From: Narcine bancroftii
Lineage: Eukaryota
Length of the DNA stretch: 64,000 nt
Direction: 5' to 3'
NCBI RefSeq assembly: GCF_036971445.1
Contig: NC_091482.1
Location: 10,292,001 to 10,356,000, forward strand
Below, piece by piece: positions 11,945 to 23,566 of this stretch. Position numbers and translations under genes: made by a program. The stretch's first letter is position 1. Each line of letters starts with the position of its first letter. The notes beneath the pieces are model-generated. The model was not told where the DNA came from. It made no database searches and was given only the letters and a program-made list of their open reading frames with translations.

Positions 11945-12155
11945 CATTCAGCACGTTAACAGTTTCGGACCTCGAGCCTGTGCCACCCAAATACCCCAAT
12001 TAACCTACAACTTCTGTGCATTATGAAGGGCAAGAGAAAACCGAAGCACCTGGAGGAAACCCACACAGGCACAGGCAGCAACTTCAAACTCCTTCAGACA
12101 GTGCCGGATTCGAATCACAAATGGCTGACGCCGTGGCAGTTCTGCGCTTAACCAT
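11945..12155 (-). mobile_element. V-SINE-type SINE
   Basis: V-domain core (aaaccgaagcacctggaggaaacccaca) and ggattcgaatc B-box in reverse orientation. Confidence 0.65.
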
Positions 12156-13435
12156 GATCTTGATGAATGCTGGAACAGGCTCGAAGCCCTGGAGGATATG
12201 TTGCTGCTCTTGACATTCATGATTTTAATAACCTCTTGTAGATTACCCCTCACCTTCCTCACTCCCTCAGCTGATCCGAAGAAGCAAAGGTTAGCCTGGA
12301 CAACAAGGAAACCCCTCTACCCCTCTGAACCACGAACTGAGATGACCGTGGCAAAAGCATCCACAGAGAATCCAGACTCAAAATATTGACTGACCCTTTC
12401 TCTCCACGGATGCTGCCTGACTGACCTGCTGAGTCCCTCCATTGTTCAGTCGGAGGTGACTGTCACAGAAAGAACTGTGGCTGCAGCAGTGCGTTACAGG
12501 TACAGCTCAACTGTCATGAAAAGACAGAAATGCTGGACGAACTCAGCAGATCTTGCAGCATCCAGAGGAGGTCAAGATGTATTAGAATCCTTCTTCAAGG
12601 TAGGAGTAAAAAAGCAGGCAGGCACTTGGGGGGGTGGACCACAGGGGGTGACACCAAAATGACTGTTTAGAAAAACTTTGTGCAGTGTTTCAGCAGAAAT
12701 GTATTATTTTTTATCAAAACATCCCTGTTGTTAGTCAAAACAGCAAAAACTTTTTTCGGAACATGTATCAATAGCCCCACAAGACTAAAACCCGACACCC
12801 AGGTACTTTTTGAACCTTCTAATGCGCCAATTACGACATTTTGAATCTGCTAGTGTTCTTCTAGACGCGGCTTTAGTCACATTTTCCGGTGTTTTAGCTA
12901 CAATATTGTGGCAATTAGTATTTGTGAACCAATATCCATAACTTTTTTTGAGCATTAAGGGGGAGAATTTTTTTTAACGGCTTCATGGGGAGGGGGGGGT
13001 TTAAACACCAATCCCGCTGCTTGAACCGACTTCCCCTGCTGTTTAATTCAGGCGCCTGTCTACTTTTCACTCAGACCTCGAAGGCAGCTCAGGGCTGAAA
13101 CGTCTCTCCCACTCATGGGCGCTGCGAGACCTCCAGCAAACTCAGATGCTGCAGGCACCAGACTCTAATAGATCAGCTCAACTCTGACTTGTCAGAACAA
13201 ACCCGGAGAGATGCTTCCTGCCGGTATCTTCTTTCCAAATGCATCAGACAGAGCGATTCATCTGTCCAGGTCTGGGGTCCCATCCACCAAGCTCATGCCT
13301 GCACCTGAAGCGTCTTCTCATGGTCGGCGCATCCCAGTTTGAGGCCTGAGATCGCGAGTAAACGCTTGAACTTTCGAGATTCAATTCCAGGAACTTGCTA
13401 CTTACAACAGCCATTCGGCCCTGAATACAAAGTGT

Positions 13436-16400
13436 AACCAGCCGAATACAATGCGTCCGGAGGTCTTCCCGGCCACGAGAAAGGCGAGAACCAGCCTCAA
13501 CGCGTCCGGTGGTCTTCCCTGCCACGAGAAAGGCGAAAACCAGCCTCAACGCGTCCGGTGGTCTTCCCTGCCACGAGAAAGGGGAGAACCAGCATCAACA
13601 CGTCCGGTGGTCTTCCCTGCCACGAGAAAGGGGAGAACCAGCCTCAACGCGTCCGGTGGACCTCCCTGCCACGAGAAAGGGGAGAACCAGCCTCAACGCG
13701 TCCGGTGGTCCTCCCTGCCACGAGAAAGGGGAGAACCAGCCTCAACGCGTCCGGTAGTCCTCCCTGCCACGAGAAAGGGGAGAACCAGCCTCAACGCGTC
13801 CGGTGGTCCTCCCTGCCACGAGAAAGGGGAGAACCAGCCTCAACGCGTCCGGTGGTCCTCCCTGCCACCAGAAAGGGGAGAACCAGCCTCAACGCGTCCG
13901 GTGGTCCTCCCTGCCACCAGAAAGGGGAGAACCAGCCTCAACGCGTCCGTTGGTCCTCCCTGCCACGAGAAAGGGGAGAACCAGCCTCAACGCGTCCGGT
14001 GGTCCTCCCTGCCACGAGATAGGGGACAACCAGCCTCAACGCGTCCGGTGGTCCTCCCTGCCACGAGAAAGGGGAGAACCAGCCTCAACGCGTCCGGTGG
14101 TCTTCCCTGCCACGAGAAAGGGGAGAACCAGCCTCAACGCGTCCGGTGGTATTCCCTGCCACGAGATAGGGGAGAACCAGCCTCAACGCGTCCGGTGGTC
14201 TTCCCCGCCACGAGAAAGGGGAGAACCAGCCTCAACGCGTCCGGTGGTCTTCCCCGCCACGAGAAAGGGGAGAACCAGCCTCAACGCGTCCGGTGGTCTT
14301 CCCTGCCACGAGAAAGGGGAGAACCAGCCTCAACGCGTCCGGTGGTCTTCCCTGCCACGAGAAAGGGGAGAACCAGCCTCAACGCGTCAGGTGGTCTTCC
14401 CTGCCACGAGAAAGGGGAGAACCAGCCTCAACGCGTCCGGTGGTCTTCCCTGCCACGAGAAAGGGGAGAACCAGCCTCAACGCGTCCGGTGGTCTTCCCT
14501 GCCACGAGAAAGGGAAGAACCAGCCTCAACGCGTCCGGTGGTCTTCCCTGCCACGAGAAAGGGGAGAACCAGACTCAACGCGTCCGGTGATCCTCCCTGC
14601 CACGAGAAAGGGGAGAACCAGACTCAACACGTCCGGTGGTCCTCCCTGCCACGAGAAAGGGGAGAACCAGCCTCAACGCGTCAGGTGGTCCTCCCTGCCA
14701 CAAGAAAGGGGAGAACCAGCCTCAACGCGTCCGGTGGTCCTCCCTGCCACGAGAAAGGGGAGAACCAGCCTCAACCCTTCCAGTGGTCCTCCCTGCCACG
14801 AGAAAGGGGAGAACCAGCCTCAACGCGTCCGGTGATCCTCCCTGCCACGAGAAAGGGGAGAACCAGACTCAACACGTCCGGTGGTCCTCCCTGCCACGAG
14901 AAAGGGGAGAACCAGCCTCAACGCGTCCGGTGGTCCTCCCTGCCACGAGAAAGGGGAGAACCAGCCTCAACGCGTCCGGTGGTCCTTCCTGCCACGAGAA
15001 AGGGGAGAACCAGCCTCAACGCGTCCGGAGGTCCTCCCTGCCACGAGAAAGGGGAGAACCAGCCTCAACGCGTCCGGTGGTCCTCCCTGCCACGAGAAAG
15101 GGGAGAACCAGCCTCAACGCGTCCGGTGGACCTCCCTGCCACGAGAAAGGGGAGAACCAGCCTCAACGCGTCCGGTGGTCCTCCCTGCCACGAGAAAGGG
15201 GAGAACCAGCCTCAACGCGTCCGGTAGTCCTCCCTGCCACGAGAAAGGGGAGAACCAGCCTCAACGCGTCCGGTGGTCCACCCTGCCACGAGAAAGGGGA
15301 GAACCAGCCTCAACGCGTCCGGTGGTCCTCCCTGCCACGAGAAAGGGGAGAACCAGCCTCAACGCGTCCGGTAGTCCTCCCTGCCACGAGAAAGGGGAGA
15401 ACCAGCCTCAACGCGTCCGGTGGTCCTCCCTGCCACGAGAAAGGGGAGAACCAGCCTCAACGCGTCCGGTGGTCCTCCCTGCCACCAGAAAGGGGAGAAC
15501 CAGCCTCAACGCGTCCGTTGGTCCTCCCTGCCACGAGAAAGGGGAGAACCAGCCTCAACGCGTCCGGTGGTCCTCCCTGCCACGAGAAAGGGGAGAACCA
15601 GCCTCAACGCGTCCGGTGGTATTCCCTGCCACGAGATAGGGGAGAACCAGCCTCAACGCGTCCGGTGGTCTTCCCCGCCACGAGAAAGGGGAGAACCAGC
15701 CTCAACGCGTCCGGTGGTCTTCCCCGCCACGAGAAAGGGGAGAACCAGCCTCAACGCGTCCGATGGTCTTCCCTGCCACGAGAAAGGGGAGAACCAGCCT
15801 CAAAGCGTCCGGTGGTCCTCCCTGCCACGAGAAAGGGGAGAACCAGCCTCAACGCGTCCGGTGGTCTTCCCTGCCACGAGAAAGGGGAGAGCCAGCCTCA
15901 ACGCGTCCGGTGGTCCTCCCTGCCACGAGAAAGGGGAGAACCAGCCTCAACGCGTCCGGTGGTCCTCCCTGCCACGAGAAAGGGGAGAACCAGCCTCAAC
16001 GCGTCAGGTGGTCTTCCCCGCCACGAGAAAGGGGAGAACCAGCCTCAACGCGTCCGGTGGTCTTCCCTGCCACGAGAAAGAGGAGAACCAGCCTCAACGC
16101 GTCCGGTGGTCTTCCCTGCCACGAGAAAGAGGAGAACCAGCCTCAACGCGTCCGGTGGTCCTCCCTGCCACGAGAAAGGGGAGAACCAGCCTCAACGCGT
16201 CCGGTGGTCCTCCCTGCCACCAGAAAGAGGAGAACCAGCCTCAACGCGTCCGGTGGTCTTCCCTGCCACGATAAAGGGGAGAACCAGCCTCAACGCGTCC
16301 GGTGGTCTTCCCTGCCACGAGAAAGGGGAGAACCAGCCTCAACGCGTCCGGTGGTCCTCCCTGCCACGAGAAAGGGGAGAACCAGCCTCAACGCGTCCGG

Positions 16401-19400
16401 TGGTCCTCACTGCCACGACAAAGGGGAGAACCAGCCTCAACGCGTCCGGTGGTCCTCCCTGCCACGAGAAAGGGGAGAACCAGCCTCAACGCGTCCGGTG
16501 GTCCTCCCTGCCACGAGAAAGGGGAGAACCAGCCTCAACGCGTCCGGTGGTGTTCCCTGCCACGAGAAAGGGGAGAACCAGCCTCAACGCGTCCGGTGGT
16601 CCTCCCTGCCACGAGAAAGGGGAGAACCAGCCTCAACGCGTCCGGTGGTCCTCCCTGCCACGAGAAAGGGGAGAACCAGCCTCAACGCGTCAGGTGGTCT
16701 TCCCCGCCACGAGAAAGGGGAGAACCAGCCTCAACGCGTCCGGTGGTCCTCCCTGCCACCAGAAAGAGGAGAACCAGCCTCAACGCGTCCGGTGGTCTTC
16801 CCTGCCACGATAAAGGGGAGAACCAGCCTCAACGCGTCCGGTGGTCTTCCCTGCCACGAGAAAGGGGAGAACCAGCCTCAACGCGTCCGGTGGTCCTCCC
16901 TGCCACGAGAAAGGGGAGAACCAGCCTCAACGCGTCCGGTGGTCCTCCCTGCCACGACAAAGGGGAGAACCAGCCTCAACGCGTCCGGTGGTCCTCCCTG
17001 CCACGAGAAAGGGGAGAACCAGCCTCAACGCGTCCGGTGGTCTTCCCTGCCACGAGAAAGGGGAGAACCAGCCTCAACGCGTCCGGTGGTCTTCCCTGCC
17101 ACGAGAAAGAGGAGAACCAGCCTCAACGCGTCCGGTGGTCCTCCCTGCCACGAGAAAGGGGAGAACCAGCCTCAACGCGTCCGGTGGTCTTCCCTGCCAC
17201 GAGAAAGGGGAGAACCAGCCTCAACGCGTCCGGTGGTCTTCCCTGCCACGAGAAAGGGGAGAACCAGCCTCAACGCCACGATAAAGGGGAGAACCAGCCT
17301 CAACGCGTCCGGTGGTCTTCCCTGCCACGAGAAAGAGGAGAACCAGCCTCAACGCGTCCGGTGGTCTTCCCTGCCACGAGAAAGGGGAGAACCAGCCTCA
17401 ACGCGTCCGGTGGTCCTCCCTGCCACGAGAAAGAGGAGAACCAGCCTCAACGCGTCCGGTGGTCTTCCCTGCCACGAGAAAGGGGAGAACCAGCCTCAAC
17501 GCGTCCGGTGGTCTTCCCTGCCACGAGAAAGGGGAGAACCAGCCTCAACGCGTCCGGTGGTCTTCCCTGCCACGAGAAAGGGGAGAACCAGCCTCAACGC
17601 GTCCGGTGGTCTTCCCTGCCACGAGAAAGGGGAGAACCAGCCTCAACGCGTCCGGTGGTCTTCCCTGCCACGAGAAAGGGGAGAACCAGCCTCAACGCGT
17701 CCGGTGGTCTTCCCTGCCACGAGAAAGGGGAGAACCAGCCTCAACGCGTCCGGTGGTCTTCCCTGCCACGAGAAAGGGGAGAACCAGCCTCAACGCGTCC
17801 GGTGGTCTTCCCTGCCACGAGAAAGGGGAGAACCAGCCTCAACGCGTCCGGTGGTCTTCCCTGCCACGAGAAAGGGGAGAACCAGCCTCAACGCGTCCGG
17901 TGGTCTTCCCTGCCACGAGAAAGGGGAGAACCAGCCTCAACGCGTCCGGTGGTCTTCCCTGCCACGAGAAAGGGGAGAACCAGCCTCAACGCGTCCGGTG
18001 GTCTTCCCTGCCACGAGAAAGGGGAGAACCAGCCTCAACGCGTCCGGTGGTCGTCCCTGCCACGAGAAAGGGGAGAACCAGCCTCAACGCGTCCGGTGGT
18101 CTTCCCTGCCACGAGAAAGGGGAGAACCAGCCTCAACGCGTCCGGTGGTCTTCCCTGCCACGAGAAAGGGGAGAACCAGCCTCAACGCGTCCGGTGGACC
18201 TCCCTGCCACGAGAAAGGGGAGAACCAGCCTCAACGCGTCCGGTGGTCCTCCCTGCCACGAGAAAGGGGAGAACCAGCCTCAACGCGTCCGGTAGTCCTC
18301 CCTGCCACGAGAAAGGGGAGAACCAGCCTCAACGCGTCCGGTGGTCCTCCCTGCCACGAGAAAGGGGAGAACCAGCCTCAACGCGTCCGGTGGTCCTCCC
18401 TGCCACCAGAAAGGGGAGAACCAGCCTCAACGCGTCCGGTGGTCCTCCCTGCCACCAGAAAGGGGAGAACCAGCCTCAACGCGTCCGTTGGTCCTCCCTG
18501 CCACGAGAAAGGGGAGAACCAGCCTCAACGCGTCCGGTGGTCCTCCCTGCCACGAGATAGGGGACAACCAGCCTCAACGCGTCCGGTGGTCCTCCCTGCC
18601 ACGAGAAAGGGGAGAACCAGCCTCAACGCGTCCGGTGGTCTTCCCTGCCACGAGAAAGGGGAGAACCAGCCTCAACGCGTCCGGTGGTATTCCCTGCCAC
18701 GAGATAGGGGAGAACCAGCCTCAACGCGTTCGGTGGTCTTCCCCGCCACGAGAAAGGGGAGAACCAGCCTCAACGCGTCCGGTGGTCTTCCCCGCCACGA
18801 GAAAGGGGAGAACCAGCCTCAACGCGTCCGGTGGTCTTCCCTGCCACGAGAAAGGGGAGAACCAGCCTCAACGCGTCCGGTGGTCTTCCCTGCCACGAGA
18901 AAGGGGAGAACCAGCCTCAACGCGTCAGGTGGTCTTCCCTGCCACGAGAAAGGGGAGAACCAGCCTCAACGCGTCCGGTGGTCTTCCCTGCCACGAGAAA
19001 GGGGAGAACCAGCCTCAACGCGTCCGGTGGTCTTCCCTGCCACGAGAAAGGGAAGAACCAGCCTCAACGCGTCCGGTGGTCTTCCCTGCCACGAGAAAGG
19101 GGAGAACCAGACTCAACGCGTCCGGTGATCCTCCCTGCCACGAGAAAGGGGAGAACCAGACTCAACACGTCCGGTGGTCCTCCCTGCCACGAGAAAGGGG
19201 AGAACCAGCCTCAACGCGTCAGGTGGTCCTCCCTGCCACAAGAAAGGGGAGAACCAGCCTCAACGCGTCCGGTGGTCCTCCCTGCCACGAGAAAGGGGAG
19301 AACCAGCCTCAACCCTTCCAGTGGTCCTCCCTGCCACGAGAAAGGGGAGAACCAGCCTCAACGCGTCCGGTGATCCTCCCTGCCACGAGAAAGGGGAGAA

Positions 19401-21690
19401 CCAGACTCAACACGTCCGGTGGTCCTCCCTGCCACGAGAAAGGGGAGAACCAGCCTCAACGCGTCCGGTGGTCCTCCCTGCCACGAGAAAGGGGAGAACC
19501 AGCCTCAACGCGTCCGGTGGTCCTTCCTGCCACGAGAAAGGGGAGAACCAGCCTCAACGCGTCCGGTGGTCCTCCCTGCCACGAGAAAGGGGAGAACCAG
19601 CCTCAACGCGTCCGGTGGTCCTCCCTGCCACGAGAAAGGGGAGAACCAGCCTCAACGCGTCCGGTGGACCTCCCTGCCACGAGAAAGGGGAGAACCAGCC
19701 TCAACGCGTCCGGTGGTCCTCCCTGCCACGAGAAAGGGGAGAACCAGCCTCAACGCGTCCGGTAGTCCTCCCTGCCACGAGAAAGGGGAGAACCAGCCTC
19801 AACGCGTCCGGTGGTCCACCCTGCCACGAGAAAGGGGCGAACCAGCCTCAACGCGTCCGGTGGTCCTCCCTGCCACCAGAAAGGGGAGAACCAGCCTCAA
19901 CGCGTCCGTTGGTCCTCCCTGCCACGAGAAAGGGGAGAACCAGCCTCAACGCGTCCGGTGGTCCTCCCTGCCACGAGATAGGGGACAACCAGCCTCAACG
20001 CGTCCGGTGGTCCTCCCTGCCACGAGAAAGGGGAGAACCAGCCTCAACGCGTCCGGTGGACCTCCCTGCCACGAGAAAGGGGAGAACCAGCCTCAACGCG
20101 TCCGGTGGTCCTCCCTGCCACGAGAAAGGGGAGAACCAGCCTCAACGCGTCCGGTAGTCCTCCCTGCCACGAGAAAGGGGAGAACCAGCCTCAACGCGTC
20201 CGGTGGTCCTCCCTGCCACGAGAAAGGGGAGAACCAGCCTCAACGCGTCCGGTGGTCCTCCCTGCCACCAGAAAGGGGAGAACCAGCCTCAACGCGTCCG
20301 TTGGTCCTCCCTGCCACGAGAAAGGGGAGAACCAGCCTCAACGCGTCCGGTGGTCCTCCCTGCCACGAGAAAGGGGAGAACCAGCCTCAACGCGTCCGGT
20401 GGTCCTCCCTGCCACGAGAAAGGGGAGAACCAGCCTCAACGCGTCCGGTGGTCTTCCCTGCCACGAGATAGGGGAGAACCAGCCTCAACGCGTCCGGTGG
20501 TCTTCCCCGCCACGAGAAAGGGGAGAACCAGCCTCAACGCGTCCGGTGGTCTTCCCCGCCACGAGAAAGGGGAGAACCAGCCTCAACGCGTCCGATGGTC
20601 TTCCCTGCCACGAGAAAGGGGAGAACCAGCCTCAACGCGTCCGGTGGTCCTCCCTGCCACGAGAAAGGGGAGAACCAGCCTCAACGCGTCCGGTGGTCTT
20701 CCCTGCCACGAGAAAGAGGAGAACCAGCCTCAACGCGTCCGGTGGTCCTCCCTGCCACGAGAAAGGGGAGAACCAGCCTCAACGCGTCCGGTGGTCTTCC
20801 CTGCCACGAGAAAGGGGGAGAACCAGCCTCAACGCGTCCGGTGGTCTTCCCTGCCACGAGAAAGGGGAGAACCAGCCTCAACGCCACGATAAAGGGGAGA
20901 ACCAGCCTCAACGCGTCCGGTGGTCTTCCCTGCCACGAGAAAGAGGAGAACCAGCCTCAACGCGTCCGGTGGTCTTCCCTGCCACGAGAAAGGGGAGAAC
21001 CAGCCTCAACGCGTCCGGTGTCCTCCCTGCCACGAGAAAGAGGAGAACCAGCCTCAACGCGTCAGGTGGTCTTCCGTGCACGAGAAAGGGGAGAACCAGC
21101 CTCAACGCGTCCGGTGGTCTTCCCTGCCACGAGAAAGGGGAGAACCAGCCTCAACGCGTCCGGTGGTCTTCCCTGCCACGAGAAAGGGGAGAACCAGCCT
21201 CAACGCGTCCGGTGGTCTTCCCTGCCACGAGAAAGGGGAGAACCAGCCTCAACGCGTCCGGTGGTCTTCCTGCCACGAGAAAGGGGAGAACCAGCCTCAA
21301 CGCGTCCGGTGGTCTTCCCTGCCACGAGAAAGGGAGAACCAGCCTCAACGCGTCCGGTGGTCTTCCCTGCCACGAGAAAGGGGAGAACCAGCCTCAACGC
21401 GTCCGGTGGTCTTCCCTGCCACGAGAAAGGGGAGAACCAGCCTCAACGCGTCCGGTGGTCTTCCCTGCCACGAGAAAGGGGAGAACCAGCCTCAACGCGT
21501 CCGGTGGTCTTCCCTGCCACGAGAAAGGGGAGAACCAGCCTCAACGCGTCCGGTGGTCTTCCCTGCCACGAGAAAGGGGAGAACCAGCCTCAACGCGTCC
21601 GGTGGTCTTCCCTGCCACGAGAAAGGGAGAACCAGCCTCAACGCGTCCGGTGGTCTTCCTGCCACGAGAAAGGGGAGAACCAGCCTCAAC
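13436..21690. repeat. 49-bp GC/CpG-rich satellite, about 168 copies, AACCAGCCTCAACGCGTCCGGTGGTCYTCCCTGCCACGAGAAAGGGGAG; runs into the assembly gap
   Basis: Directly visible periodicity; 4 CpG per unit; patterned single-base variants; degenerate first unit at 13436-13488. Confidence 0.98.
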
Positions 21691-21890
21691 NNNNNNNNNN
21701 NNNNNNNNNNNNNNNNNNNNNNNNNNNNNNNNNNNNNNNNNNNNNNNNNNNNNNNNNNNNNNNNNNNNNNNNNNNNNNNNNNNNNNNNNNNNNNNNNNNN
21801 NNNNNNNNNNNNNNNNNNNNNNNNNNNNNNNNNNNNNNNNNNNNNNNNNNNNNNNNNNNNNNNNNNNNNNNNNNNNNNNNNNNNNNNNNN
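21691..21890. other. Scaffold gap (200 N)
   Basis: Run of exactly 200 n, so the true size is unknown. Confidence 0.99.
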
Positions 21891-22729
21891 TAATCTGAAG
21901 CGAAACGCAATCTACTGGAGAAACGGTGGATTGAGTCACATCAGTGGGAGAAGAATGGTCAATGTTTCAGGCCAAAACCCTGGTTTTGCAGTTTCAGCCT
22001 GAAGCATTGACCATTCTTTTCTGATCCTGCTTGCATTCCTCCAGCAGCTAATGTTTAATTGAATCTCAATAACCATTTATGTCCTTTTACCTGTATACAT
22101 ACCCTTTGAAGATGAACACCTGTCTTGCATGGTGAAATAGTACAATTTGTTTCATGTCTGCACATTGCAAATTCCCCGTTGAAGTAAGTGCCTGACGAGA
22201 ATTCAATCTAGGGTCACACTCGGCTGTCTGCAAAAAGAAATTCAGCATTTCCAAGCATCACAATTCAGAGGGAACTAAGATGCTAGTTTACATGATCAGC
22301 AAATGGATGCAAATACTGCATGAACTTGAGAGAAAGGAAATAATGCAAGTTAATATGGCTCCACAGGATCGGTGTCGTCGTACTGTAACTAGTTGAGTAA
22401 CAGCATGTCCAGATTTATCCAGCAACTTTTTGTGTCTATTTCCTGATTATGTTTATGCCATATCAGTATACAGAGTGAAAGTTAATGAGAAAATGTTCAG
22501 TGATAAAATTCACCCATGAAAAGTCTATTCAAATCTATTTATAAAAACATCAAGTTGTAATTGTCTAATTCTTGTAACATTAGTCAATTTTCACCCTAAA
22601 TCAATGTAGTTCTTCCTTATCACAGTAGAGCTGATTCCAGCAATCTACCTGATAAATCAAACACCTCAAAATACTATTGCTTTTTAAAATCAGTCAATGA
22701 CTTGCAACTCTCATTTCCTGTCTCTCCAG

Positions 22730-23096
22730 CTCATAAACGTGGAAAAAGCAGCAAACGCCATAATTCTGCAACATCTCCAAGCTCGGAAACACCAGCTCAT
22801 CAAGGGGATACAAGCCATATCCAGGACCCCTGAAAAAAAGTGATAAGTCGGATGAAGATTACACCGAAACATCCACCATAGATCAACTTTCTAACTCTGT
22901 AAACGAATCTCTACGGTGGGATGGAATTCTTGAAGACCCTGTGGCAGAAGAGGAAAGGATCAAACTTTACAAACTAAATCGACAGTTGAGGTATTTGGCA
23001 GCTCAGAACAACATGTGCAAGGAGATCCAGTTCTGCCAAAAGGACCTTTCTGATACAGAATCGGAAAAGAGAGAATCCATACATCATTACCAGTAA
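22730..23096 (+). CDS. LIAT1: LIAT1 (C17orf97, ligand of ATE1) coding exon with the Liat1 domain; 1-bp frameshift near 22827-22833
   Basis: Acceptor tttcctgtctctccag at 22729. 22899-22994 encodes VNESLRWDGILEDPVAEEERIKLYKLNRQLRY, which I recognise as the conserved Liat1 domain. Convergent with RFLNB as in human. Missed by the ORF track; C-terminal end uncertain. Confidence 0.8.
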
Positions 23097-23566
23097 ATTG
23101 TACCGGCAACTTGCCTCAAAAGATCCTGGCAACTCTTATTTTATGGGCCATAGAACATAGGGTCCAAAATGCATTGAAGCTGATGCAACCAGAGTGAGAG
23201 GCACTAATCATATAATGTGAATTGGATATAAAATTCCATCAACATCTGATGGTTTCTGCAAATACGAGAAATTCCTTAAAATGAAGCAACCAAAATTAAG
23301 TTTGCAGGCAGCATCTTTTTTTTAAAAAATTATTAGGTTTAGAAATTGACGTGCAGTTCCAATTTTGAAGCAATCTGGGTGAGATGATTTAAAATTTCTC
23401 AGGCACTGCAAACTAATTAGGTTGAATATGATTGAACTTTTGAAAAAAATGTAATTGTTTCTTTGAAAGTGGGCACTGATTTTATTCCAATTTTCATCAC
23501 AAATGTGACCACACGATGGAACATGGAAATGCAGAGCTGCATTCCCCTGGAGAAAAAATAATCACA

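Noticed and set aside
13400-13450. Minus-strand GTAAGT donor preceded by ATG GCT GTT as coding exon 1
   Set aside because: Phase 0 is incompatible with the next exon, and the phase-1 reading creates TGA at the junction; at most a non-coding exon.
13451-21898. Long overlapping ORFs (up to 1121 aa) with a 49-aa period
   Set aside because: Translations of a stop-poor 49-bp satellite in all three frames; variants create stops freely.
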